From NCBI RefSeq assembly GCF_009914755.1, contig NC_060935.1: DNA of 64,000 nucleotides, one strand, 5' to 3'. This document shows positions 13,232 to 26,850 of this stretch, one piece after another. Numbering within the stretch: position 1 is the first letter of the stretch; each line of letters starts with the position of its first letter. Position numbers and translations under genes: made by a program. The notes below the pieces were generated by a model, which was given only the letters and a program-made list of their open reading frames with translations, did not search any database and was not told where the DNA came from. Source of the stretch: the human T2T-CHM13v2.0 reference genome, Homo sapiens.

Positions 13232-16200
13232 GAATTGAACTTTCCTCTTGACAGAGCAGCTCTGAAACCCTCTTTTTCTAGAATCTGCAAGTGGACATTT
13301 GGAGGGCTTTGAGGCCTGTGGTGGAAAAGGAAAATCTTCACATAAAAACTAGATGGAAGCATTCTCAGAAACTACTTTGTGATGATTGCATTCGACTCAC
13401 AGAGTTGAACATTCCTATAGATAGAGCAGGTTGTAAACAATCTTTTTGTAGAATCTGCGATTGGAGATTTGGACTGCTTTGAGGCCTACTGTAGTAAAGG
13501 AAATAACTGCATCTAAAAACCAAACGGAAGCATTCACAGACAATTCTTAGTCATCATTGGATTGAACTAACAGAGATGAACATTCCTTTAGATGGAGCAG
13601 TTTCCAAACCCACTTTCTGTAGAATCTGCAAGTGGATATTTGGACCTCTCTGAGGATTTCTTTGGAAACAGGATAAAATTCCCAGAACTACACGGAAGTA
13701 TTCTGAGAAACTTCTTTGTGATGTTTGCATTCAACTCACAATGTTGAACCTTGCTTTCATAGTTCAGCTTTCAAACACTCTTTTTGTAGAATCTGCAAGT
13801 GGATATTTGGACCACTTTGTGGCCTTCCTTCGAAACGGGTATATCTTCACATCGAACCTAGACAGAAGCATTCTCAGAATGTTTCCTGTGATGACTGCAT
13901 TCAACTCACAGAGGTGAACAATCCTGCTGATGGAGCAGTTTTGAAACTCTCTTTCTTTGGATTCTGCAAGTGGATATGTGGACCTCTGTGAAGATTTCGT
14001 TGGAAACGGGTTCATCTTCACAGAAAAACTAAACAGGAACATTCTCAGAAACTGCTTTGTGATGTTTGTGTTCCACTTCAGGAATTGAACTTTCCTCTTG
14101 ACAGAGCAGCTCTGAAACCCTCTTATTCTAGAATCTGCAAGTGGACATTTGGAGGGCTTTGAGGCCTGTGGTGGAAAAGGAAAATCTTCACATAAAAACT
14201 AGATGGAAGCATTCTCAGAAACTACTTTGTGATGATTGCATTCGACTCACAGAGTTGAACATTCCTATAGATAGAGCAGGTTGTAAACAATCTTTTTGTA
14301 CAATCTGCGATTGGAGATTTGGACTGCTTTGAAGCCTACTGTAGTAAAGGAAATAACTTCATCTAAAAACCAAACGGAAGCATTCACAGACAATTCTTAG
14401 TGATCATTGGATTGAACTAACAGAGCTGAACATTCCTTTAGATGGAGCAGTTTCCAAACCCACTTTCTGTAGAATCTGCAAGTGGATATTTGGACCTCTC
14501 TGAGGATTTCGTTGGAAACGGGCTAAACTTCCCAGAACTACACGGAAGTATTCTGAGAAACTTCTTTGTGATGTTTGCATTCAACTAACAGAGTTGAAAC
14601 TTGCTTTCATAGTTCAGCTTTCAAACACTCTTTTTGTAGAATCTGCAAGTGGATATTTGGACCACTTTGTGGCCTTCCTTCGAAACGGGTATATCTTCAC
14701 ATCAAACCTAGACAGAAGAATTCTCAGAATGTTTCCTGTGATGACTGCATTCAACTCACAGAGGTGAACAATCCTGCTGATGGAGCAGTTTTGAAACTCT
14801 CTTTCTTTGGATTCTGCAAGTGGATATGTGGACCTCTGTGAAGATTTCGTTGAAAACGGGTTCATCTTCACAGAAAAACTAAACAAAAGCATTCTCAGAA
14901 ACTGCTTTGTGATGTTTTTGTTCCACTTCAGGAATTAAACTTTCCTCTTGACAGAGCAGCTCTGAAACCCTCTTATTCTAGAATCTGCAAGTGGACATTT
15001 GGAGGGCTTTGCGGCCTGTGGTGGAAAAGGAAAATCTTCACATAAAAACTAGATGGAAGCATTCTCAGAAACTACTTTGTGATGATTGCATTCGACTCAC
15101 AGAGTTGAGCATTCCTATAGATAGAGCAGGTTGTAAACAATCTTTTTGTAGAATCTGCGATTGGAGATTTGGACTGCTTTGAGGCCTACTGTAGTAAAGG
15201 AAATAACTTCATCTAAAAACAAATGGAAGCATTCACAGACAATTCTTAGTGATCATTGGATTGAACTAACAGAGCTGAACATTCCTTTAGATGGAGCAGT
15301 TTCCAAACCCACTTTCTGTAGAATCTGCAAGTGGATATTTGGACCTCTCTGAGGATTTCGTTCGAAACGGGATAAACTTCCCAGAACTACACGGAAGTAT
15401 TCTGAGAAATATCTTTGTGATGTTTGCATTCAACTCACAGAGTTGAACCTTGCTTTCATAGTTCAGCTTTCAAACACTCTTTTTGTAGAATCTGCAAGTG
15501 GATATTTGGACCACTAAGTGGCCTTCCTTCGAAACGGGTATATCTTCACATCAAACCTAGACAGAAGCATTCTCAGAATGTTTCCTGTGATGACTGCATT
15601 CAACTCACAGAGGTGAACAATCCTGCTGATGGAGCAGTTTTGAAACTCTCTTTCTTTGGATTCTGCAAGTGGATATGTGGACCTCTGTGAAGATTTCGTT
15701 GGAAACGGGTTCATCTTCACAGAAAAACTAAACAGGAGCATTCTCAGAAACTGCATTGTGATGTTTGTGTTCCACTTCAGGAATTGAACTTTCCTCTTGA
15801 CAGAGCAGCTCTGAAACCCTCTTTTTCTAGAATCTGCAAGTGGACATTTGGAGGGCTTTGAGGCCTGTGGTGGAAAAGGAAACTCTTCACATAAAAACTA
15901 GATGGAAGCATTCTCAGAAACTCCTTTGTGATGATTGCATTCGACTCACAGAGTTGAACATTCCTATAGATAGAGCAGGTTGTAAACAATCTTTTTGTAG
16001 AATCTGCGATTGGAGATTTGGAATGCTTTGAGGCCTACTGTAGTAAAGGAAATAACTTCATCTAAAAACCAAACGGAAGCATTCACAGACAATTCTTAGT
16101 GATCACTGGATTGAACTAACAGAGCTGAACATTCCCTTAGATGGCGTAGTTTCCAAACACACTTTCTGTAGAATCTGCAAGTGGATATTTGGACCTCTCT

Positions 16201-18184
16201 GAGGATTTCGTTGGAAACGGGCTAAACTTCCCAGAACTACACGGAAGCATTCTGAGAAACTTCTTTGTGATGTTTGCATTCAACTCACAGAGTTGAACCT
16301 TGCTTTCATAGTTCAGCTTTCAAACACTCTTTTTGTAGAATCTGCAAGTGGATATTTGGACCACTTTGTGGCCTTCCTTCGAAACGGGTATATCTTCACA
16401 TCAAACCTAGACAGAAGCATTCTCAGAATGTTTCCTGTGATGACTGCATTCAACTCACAGAGGTGAACAATCCTGCTGATGGAGCAGTTTTGAAACTCTC
16501 TTTCTTTGGATTCTGCAAGTGGATATGTGGACCTCTGTGAAGATTCCGTTGGAAACGGGTTCATCTTCACAGAAAAACTAAACAGGAGCATTCTCAGAAA
16601 CTGCTTTGTGATGTTTGTGTTCCACTTCAGGAATTGAACTTTCCTCTTGACAGAGCAGCTCTGAAACCCTCTTTTTCTAGAATCTGCAAGTGGACATTTG
16701 GAGGGCTTTGAGGCCTGTGGTGGAAAAGTAAAATCTTCACATAAAAACTAGATGGAAGCATTCTCAGAAACTACTTTGTGATGATTGCATTCGACTCACA
16801 GAGTTGAACATTCCTATAGATAGAGCAGGTTGTAAACAATCTTTTTGTAGAATCTGCGATTGGAGATTTGGACTGCTTTGAGGCCTACTGTAGTAAAGGA
16901 AATAACTTCCTCTAAAAACCAAACGGAAGCATTCACAGACAATTCTTAGTGATCATTGGATTGAACTAGCAGAGCTGAACATTCCTTTAGATGGAGCAGT
17001 TTCCAAACACACTTTCTGTAGAATCTGCAAGTGGATATTTGGACTTCTCTGAGGATTTCGTTGGAAACGGGATAAACTTCCCAGAACTACACGGAAGCAT
17101 TCTGAGAAACTTCTTTGTGATGTTTGCATTCAACTCACAGAGTTGAACCTTGCTTTCATAGTTCAGCTTTCAAACACTCTTTTTGTAGAATCTGCAAGTG
17201 GATATTTGGACCACTTTGTGGCCTTCCTTCGAACCGAGTATATCTTCACATCAAACCTAGACAGAAGCATTCTCAGAATGTTTCCTGTGATGACTGTATT
17301 CAACTCACAGAGGTGAACAATCCTGCTGATGGAGCAGTTTTGAAACTCTCTTTCTTTGGATTCTGCAAGTGGATATGTGGACCTCTGTGAAGATTTCGTT
17401 GAAAACGGTTTCATCTTCACAGAAAAACTAAACAGGAGCATTCTCAGAAACTGCTTTGTGATGTTTTTGTTCCACTTCAGGAATTGAACTTTCCTCTTGA
17501 CAGAGCAGCTCTGAAACCCTCTTATTCTAGAATCTGCAAGTGGATATTTGGAGGGCTTTGAGGCCTGTGGTGGAAAAGGAAAATCTTCACATAAAAACTA
17601 GATGGAAGCATTCTCAGAAACTACTTTGTGATGATTGCATTCGACTCACAGAGTTGAACATTCCTATAGATAGAGCAGGTTGTAAACAATCTTTTTGTAG
17701 AATCTGCGATTGGAGATTTGGACTGCTTTGAGGCCTACTGTAGTAAAGGAAATAACTTCATCTAAAAACCAAACGGAAGCATTCACAGACAATTCTTAGT
17801 GATCATTGGATTGAACTAACAGAGCTGAACATTCCTTTAGATGGAGCAGTTTCCAAACACACTTTCTGCAGAATCTGCAAGTGGATATTTGGACCTCTCT
17901 GAGGATTTCGTTGGAAACGGGGTAAACTTCCCAGAACTACATGGAAATATTCTGAGAAACATCTTTGTGATGTTTGCATTCAACTCACAGAGTTGAACCT
18001 TGCTTTCATAGTTCAGCTTTCAAACACTCTTTTTGTAGAATCTGCAAGTGGATATTTGGACCACTTTGTGGCCTTCCTTCGAAACGGGTATATCTTCACA
18101 TCAAACCTAGACAGAAGCATTCTCAGAATGTTTCCTGTGATGACTGCATTCAACTCACAGAGGTGAACAATCCTGCTGATGGAT

Positions 18185-21100
18185 CAGTTTTGAAACTCTC
18201 TTTCTTTGGATTCTGCAAGTGGATATGTGGACCTCTGTGAAGATTTCGTTGGAAACGGGTTCATCTTCACAGAAAAACTAAACAGGAGCATTCTCAGAAA
18301 CTGCTTTGTGATGTTTGTGTTCCACTTCAGGAATTGAACTTTCCTCTTGAGAGAGCAGCTCTGAAACCCTCTTTTTCTAGAATCTGCAATTGGACATTTG
18401 GAGGGCTTTGAGGCCTGTGGCGGAAAAGGAAACTCTTCACATAAAAACTAGATGGAAGCATTCTCAGAAACTACTTTGTGATGATTGCATTCGACTCACA
18501 GAGTTGAACATTCCTATAGATAGAGCAGGTTGTAAACAATCTTTTTGTAGAATCTGCGATTGGAGATTTGGACTGCTTTGAGGCCTACTGTAGTAAAGGA
18601 AATAACTTCATCTAAAAACCAAACGGAAGCATTCACAGACAATTCTTAGTGATCACTGGATTGAACTAAGAGAGCTGAACATTCCCTTTGATGGCGCAGT
18701 TTCCAAACACACTTTCTGTAGAATCTGCAAGTGGATATTTGGACCTCTCTGAGGATTTCGTTGGAAACGGGCTAAACTTCCCAGAACTACACGGAAGCAT
18801 TCTGAGAAACTTCTTTGTGATGTTTGCATTCAACTCACAGAGTTGAACCTTGCTTTCATAGTTCAGCTTTGAAACACTCTTTTTGTAGAATCTGCAAGTG
18901 GATATTAGGAGCACTTTGTGGCCTTCCTTCGAAACGGGTATATCTTCACATCAAACCTAGACAGAAGCATTCTCAGAATGTTTCCTGTGATGACTGCATT
19001 CAACTCACAGAGGTGAACAATCCTGCTGATGGAGCAGTTTTGAAACTCTCTTTCTTTGGATTCTGCAAGTGGATATGTGGACCTCTGTGAAGATTTCGTT
19101 GGAAACGGGTTCATCTTCACAGAAAAACTAAACAGGAGCATTCTCAGAAACTGCTTTGTGATGTTTGTGTTCCACTTCAGGAATTGAACTTTCCTCTTGA
19201 CAGAGCAGCTCTGAAACCCTCTTTTTCTAGAATCTGCAAGTGGACATTTGGAGGGCTTTGAGGCCTGTGGTGGAAAAGGAAACTCTTCACATAAAAACTA
19301 GATGGAAGCATTCTCAGAAACTACTTTGTGATGATTGCATTCGACTCACAGAGTTGAACATTCCTATAGATAGAGCAGGTTGTAAACAATCTTTTTGTAG
19401 AATCTGCGATTGGAGATTTGGACTGCTTTGAGGCCTACTGTAGTAAAGGAAATAACTTCATCTAAAAACCAAACGGAAGCATTCACAGACAATTCTTAGT
19501 GATCATTGGATTGAACTAACAGAGCTGAACATTCCTTTAGATGGCGCAGTTTCCAAACACACTTTCTGTAGAATCTGCCACTGGATATTTGGACCTCTCT
19601 GAGGATTTCGTTGGAAACGGGCTAAACTTCCCAGAACTACACGGAAGCATTCTGAGAAACTTCTTTGTGATGTTTGCATTCAACTCACAGAGTTGAACCT
19701 TGCTTTCATAGTTCAGCTTTCAAACACTCTTTTTGTAGAATCTGCAAGTGGATATTTGGACCACTTTGTGGCCTTCCTTCGAAACGGGTATATCTTCACA
19801 TCAAACCTAGACAGAAGCATTCTCAGAATGTTTCCTGTGATGACTGCATTCAACTCACAGAGGTGAACAATCCTGCTGATGGAGCAGTTTTGAAACTCTC
19901 TTTCTTTGGATTCTGCAAGTGGATATGTGGACCTCTGTGAAGATTTCGTTGGAAACGGGTTCATCTTCACAGAAAAACTAAACAGGAGCATTCTCAGAAA
20001 CTGCTTTGTGATGTTTGTGTTCCACTTCAGGAATTGAACTTTCCTCTTGACAGAGCAGCTCTGAAACTCTCTTTTTCTAGAATCTGCAAGTGGACATTTG
20101 GAGGGCTTTGAGGCCTGTGGTGGAAAAGGAAACTCTTCACATAAAAACTAGATGGAAGCATTCTCAGAAACTACTTTGTGATGATTGCATTCGACTCACA
20201 GAGTTGAACATTCCTATAGATAGAGCAGGTTGTAAACAATCTTTTTGTAGAATCTGCGATTGGAGATTTGGACTGCTTTGAGGCCTACTGTAGTAAAGGA
20301 AATAACTTCATCTAAAAACCAAACGGAAGCATTCACAGACAATTCTTAGTGATCATTGGATTGAACTAACAGAGCTGAACATTCCTTTAGATGGCGCAGT
20401 TTCCAAACACACTTTCTGTAGAATCTGCAACTGGATATTTGGACCTCTCTGAGGATTTCGTTGGAAACGGGATAAACTTCCCAGAACTACACGGAAGTAT
20501 TCTGAGAAACTTCTTTGTGATGTTTGCATTCAACTCACAGAGTTGAACCTTGCTTTCATAGTTCAGCTTTCAAACACTCTTTTTGTAGAATCTGCAAGTG
20601 GATATTTGGACCACTTTGTGGCCTTCCTTCGAAACGGGTATATCTTCACATCAAACCTAGACAGAAGCATTCTCAGAATGTTTCCTGTGATGACTGCATT
20701 CAACTCACAGAGGTGAACAATCCTGCTGATGGAGCAGTTTTGAAACTCTCTTTCTTTGGATTCTGCAAGTGGATATGTGGACCTCTGTGAAGATTTCGTT
20801 GGAAACGGGTTCATCTTCACAGAAAAACTAAACAGGAGCATTCTCAGAAACTGCTTTGTGATGTTTGTGTTCCACTTCAGGAATTGAACTTTCCTCTTGA
20901 CAGAGCAGCTCTGAAACCCTCTTTTTCTAGAATCTGCAAGTGGACATTTGGAGGGCTTTGAGGCCTGTGGTGGAAAAGGAAACTCTTCACATAAAAACTA
21001 GATGGAAGCATTCTCAGAAACTACTTTGTGATGATTGCATTCGACTCACAGAGTTGAACATTCCTATAGATAGAGCAGGTTGTAAACAATCTTTTTGTAG

Positions 21101-24100
21101 AATCTGCGATTGGAGATTTGGACTGCTTTGAGGCCTACTGTAGTAAAGGAAATAACTTCATCTAAAAACCAAACGGAAGCATTCACAGACAATTCTTAGT
21201 GATCATTGGATTGAACTAACAGAGCTGAACATTCCTTTAGATGGCGCAGTTTCCAAACACACTTTCTGTAGAATCTGCCACTGGATATTTGGACCTCTCT
21301 GAGGATTTCGTTGGAAACGGGATAAACTTCCCAGAACTACACGGAAGCATTCTGAGAAACTTCTTTGTGATGTTTGAATTCAACTCACAGAGTTGAACCT
21401 TGCTTTCATAGTTCAGCTTTCAAACACTCTTTTTGTAGAATCTCCAAGTGGATATTACGACCACTTTGTTGCCTTCCTTCGAAACGGGTATATCTTCACA
21501 TCAAACCTAGACAGAAGCATTCTCAGAATGTTTCCTGTGATGACTGCATTCAACTCACAGAGGTGAACAATCCTGCTGATGGAGCAGTTTTGAAACTCTC
21601 TTTCTTTGGATTCTGCAAGTGGATATGTGGACCTCTGTGAAGATTTCGTTGGAAACGGGTTCATCTTCACAGAAAAACTAAACAGGAGCATTCTCAGAAA
21701 CTGCTTTGTGATGTTTGTGTTCCACTTCAGGAATTGAACTTTCCTCTTGACAGAGCAGCTCTGAAACTCTCTTTTTCTAGAATCTGCAAGTGGACATTTG
21801 GAGGGCTTTGAGGCCTGTGGTGGAAAAGGAAACTCTTCACATAAAAACTAGATGGAAGCATTCTCAGAAACTACTTTGTGATGATTGCATTCGACTCACA
21901 GAGTTGAACATTCCTATAGATAGAGCAGGTTGTAAACAATCTTTTTGTAGAATCTGCGATTGGAGATTTGGACTGCTTTGAGGCCTACTGTAGTAAAGGA
22001 AATAACTTCATCTAAAAACCAAACGGAAGCATTCACAGACAATTCTTAGTGATCATTGGATTGAACTAACAGAGCTGAACATTCCTTTAGATGGCGCAGT
22101 TTCCAAACACACTTTCTGTAGAATCTGCAACTGGATATTTGGACCTCTCTGAGGATTTCGTTGGAAACGGGATAAACTTCCCAGAACTACACGGAAGTAT
22201 TCTGAGAAACTTCTTTGTGATGTTTGCATTCAACTCACAGAGTTGAACCTTGCTTTCATAGTTCAGCTTTCAAACACTCTTTTTGTAGAATCTGCAAGTG
22301 GATATTTGGACCACTTTGTGGCCTTCCTTCGAAACGGGTATATCTTCACATCAAAGCTAGACAGAAGCATTCTCAGAATGTTTCCTGTGATGACTGCATT
22401 CAACTCACAGAGGTGAACAATCCTGCTGATGGAGCAGTTTTGAAACTCTCTTTCTTTGGATTCTGCAAGTGGATATGTGGACCTCTGTGAAGATTTCGTT
22501 GGAAACGGGTTCATCTTCACAGAAAAACTAAACAGGAGCATTCTCAGAAACTGCTTTGTGATGTTTGTGTTCCACTTCAGGAATTGAACTTTCCTCTTGA
22601 CAGAGCAGCTCTGAAACTCTCTTTTTCTAGAATCTGGAAGTGGACATTTGGAGGGCTTTGAGGCCTGTGGTGGAAAAGGAAACTCTTCACATAAAAACTA
22701 GATGGAAGCATTCTCAGAAACTACTTTGTGATGATTGCATTCGACTGACAGAGTTGAACATTCCTATAGATAGAGCAGGTTGTAAACAATCTTTTTGTAG
22801 AATCTGCGATTGGAGATTTGGACTGCTTTGAGGCCTACTGTAGTAAAGGAAATAACTTCATCTAAAAACCAAACGGAAGCATTCACAGACAATTCTTAGT
22901 GATCATTGGATTGAACTAACAGAGCTGAACATTCCTTTAGATGGCGCAGTTTCCAAACACACTTTCTGTAGAATCTGCAAGTGGATATTTGGACCTGTCT
23001 GAGGATTTCGTTGGAAACGGGATAAACTTCCCAGAACTACACGGAAGCATTCTGAGAAACTTCTTTGTGATGTTTGAATTCAACTCACAGAGTTGAACCT
23101 TGCTTTCATAGTTCAGCTTTCAAACACTCTTTTTGTAGAATCTCCAAGTGGATATTACGACCACTTTGTTGCCTTCCTTCGAAACGGGTATATCTTCACA
23201 TCAAACCTAGACAGAAGCATTCTCAGAATGTTTCCTGTGATGACTGCATTCAACTCACAGAGGTGAACAATCCTGCTGATGGACCAGTTTTGAAACTCTC
23301 TTTCTTTGGATTCTGCAAGTGGATATGTGGACCTCTGTGAAGATTTCGTTGGAAACGGGTTCATCTTCACAGAAAAACTAAACAGGAGCATTCTCAGAAA
23401 CTGCTTTGTGATGTTTGTGTTCCACTTCAGGAATTGAACTTTCCTCTTGAGAGAGCAGCTCTGAAACCCTCTTTTTCTAGAATCTGCAATTGGACATTTG
23501 GAGGGCTTTGAGGCCTGTGGCGGAAAAGGAAACTCTTCACATAAAAACTAGATGGAAGCATTCTCAGAAACTACTTTGTGATGATTGCATTCGACTCACA
23601 GAGTTGAACATTCCTATAGATAGAGCAGGTTGTAAACAATCTTTTTGTAGAATCTGCGATTGGAGATTTGGACTGCTTTGAGGCCTACTGTAGTAAAGGA
23701 AATAACTTCATCTAAAAACCAAACGGAAGCATTCACAGACAATTCTTAGTGATCACTGGATTGAACTAAGAGAGCTGAACATTCCCTTTGATGGCGCAGT
23801 TTCCAAACACACTTTCTGTAGAATCTGCAAGTGGATATTTGGACCTCTCTGAGGATTTCGTTGGAAACGGGCTAAACTTCCCAGAACTACACGGAAGCAT
23901 TCTGAGAAACTTCTTTGTGATGTTTGCATTCAACTCACAGAGTTGAACCTTGCTTTCATAGTTCAGCTTTGAAACACTCTTTTTGTAGAATCTGCAAGTG
24001 GATATTAGGAGCACTTTGTGGCCTTCCTTCGAAACGGGTATATCTTCACATCAAACCTAGACAGAAGCATTCTCAGAATGTTTCCTGTGATGACTGCATT

Positions 24101-26850
24101 CAACTCACAGAGGTGAACAATCCTGCTGATGGAGCAGTTTTGAAACTCTCTTTCTTTGGATTCTGCAAGTGGATATGTGGACCTCTGTGAAGATTTCGTT
24201 GGAAACGGGTTCATCTTCACAGAAAAACTAAACAGGAGCATTCTCAGAAACTGCTTTGTGATGTTTGTGTTCCACTTCAGGAATTGAACTTTCCTCTTGA
24301 CAGAGCAGCTCTGAAACCCTCTTTTTCTAGAATCTGCAAGTGGACATTTGGAGGGCTTTGAGGCCTGTGGTGGAAAAGGAAACTCTTCACATAAAAACTA
24401 GATGGAAGCATTCTCAGAAACTACTTTGTGATGATTGCATTCGACTCACAGAGTTGAACATTCCTATAGATAGAGCAGGTTGTAAACAATCTTTTTGTAG
24501 AATCTGCGATTGGAGATTTGGACTGCTTTGAGGCCTACTGTAGTAAAGGAAATAACTTCATCTAAAAACCAAACGGAAGCATTCACAGACAATTCTTAGT
24601 GATCATTGGATTGAACTAACAGAGCTGAACATTCCTTTAGATGGCGCAGTTTCCAAACACACTTTCTGTAGAATCTGCCACTGGATATTTGGACCTCTCT
24701 GAGGATTTCGTTGGAAACGGGCTAAACTTCCCAGAACTACACGGAAGCATTCTGAGAAACTTCTTTGTGATGTTTGCATTCAACTCACAGAGTTGAACCT
24801 TGCTTTCATAGTTCAGCTTTCAAACACTCTTTTTGTAGAATCTGCAAGTGGATATTTGGACCACTTTGTGGCCTTCCTTCGAAACGGGTATATCTTCACA
24901 TCAAACCTAGACAGAAGCATTCTCAGAATGTTTCCTGTGATGACTGCATTCAACTCACAGAGGTGAACAATCCTGCTGATGGAGCAGTTTTGAAACTCTC
25001 TTTCTTTGGATTCTGCAAGTGGATATGTGGACCTCTGTGAAGATTTCGTTGGAAACGGGTTCATCTTCACAGAAAAACTAAACAGGAGCATTCTCAGAAA
25101 CTGCTTTGTGATGTTTGTGTTCCACTTCAGGAATTGAACTTTCCTCTTGACAGAGCAGCTCTGAAACTCTCTTTTTCTAGAATCTGCAAGTGGACATTTG
25201 GAGGGCTTTGAGGCCTGTGGTGGAAAAGGAAACTCTTCACATAAAAACTAGATGGAAGCATTCTCAGAAACTACTTTGTGATGATTGCATTCGACTCACA
25301 GAGTTGAACATTCCTATAGATAGAGCAGGTTGTAAACAATCTTTTTGTAGAATCTGCGATTGGAGATTTGGACTGCTTTGAGGCCTACTGTAGTAAAGGA
25401 AATAACTTCATCTAAAAACCAAACGGAAGCATTCACAGACAATTCTTAGTGATCATTGGATTGAACTAACAGAGCTGAACATTCCTTTAGATGGCGCAGT
25501 TTCCAAACACACTTTCTGTAGAATCTGCAACTGGATATTTGGACCTCTCTGAGGATTTCGTTGGAAACGGGATAAACTTCCCAGAACTACACGGAAGTAT
25601 TCTGAGAAACTTCTTTGTGATGTTTGCATTCAACTCACAGAGTTGAACCTTGCTTTCATAGTTCAGCTTTCAAACACTCTTTTTGTAGAATCTGCAAGTG
25701 GATATTTGGACCACTTTGTGGCCTTCCTTCGAAACGGGTATATCTTCACATCAAAGCTAGACAGAAGCATTCTCAGAATGTTTCCTGTGATGACTGCATT
25801 CAACTCACAGAGGTGAACAATCCTGCTGATGGAGCAGTTTTGAAACTCTCTTTCTTTGGATTCTGCAAGTGGATATGTGGACCTCTGTGAAGATTTCGTT
25901 GGAAACGGGTTCATCTTCACAGAAAAACTAAACAGGAGCATTCTCAGAAACTGCTTTGTGATGTTTGTGTTCCACTTCAGGAATTGAACTTTCCTCTTGA
26001 CAGAGCAGCTCTGAAACTCTCTTTTTCTAGAATCTGGAAGTGGACATTTGGAGGGCTTTGAGGCCTGTGGTGGAAAAGGAAACTCTTCACATAAAAACTA
26101 GATGGAAGCATTCTCAGAAACTACTTTGTGATGATTGCATTCGACTGACAGAGTTGAACATTCCTATAGATAGAGCAGGTTGTAAACAATCTTTTTGTAG
26201 AATCTGCGATTGGAGATTTGGACTGCTTTGAGGCCTACTGTAGTAAAGGAAATAACTTCATCTAAAAACCAAACGGAAGCATTCACAGACAATTCTTAGT
26301 GATCATTGGATTGAACTAACAGAGCTGAACATTCCTTTAGATGGCGCAGTTTCCAAACACACTTTCTGTAGAATCTGCAAGTGGATATTTGGACCTGTCT
26401 GAGGATTTCGTTGGAAACGGGATAAACTTCCCAGAACTACACGGAAGCATTCTGAGAAACTTCTTTGTGATGTTTGAATTCAACTCACAGAGTTGAACCT
26501 TGCTTTCATAGTTCAGCTTTCAAACACTCTTTTTGTAGAATCTCCAAGTGGATATTACGACCACTTTGTTGCCTTCCTTCGAAACGGGTATATCTTCACA
26601 TCAAACCTAGACAGAAGCATTCTCAGAATGTTTCCTGTGATGACTGCATTCAACTCACAGAGGTGAACAATCCTGCTGATGGACCAGTTTTGAAACTCTC
26701 TTTCTTTGGATTCTGCAAGTGGATATGTGGACCTCTGTGAAGATTTCGTTGGAAACGGGTTCATCTTCACAGAAAAACTAAACAGGAGCATTCTCAGAAA
26801 CTGCTTTGTGATGTTTGTGTTCCACTTCAGGAATTGAACTTTCCTCTTGA
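18185..26850 (+). repeat. Compound duplication: 6-HOR block followed by a 4-HOR derivative copy
   Basis: 18185-20655 matches 23285-25755 (+5100), and 21471-23450 matches 24871-26850 (+3400), by private variants. Confidence 0.8.
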
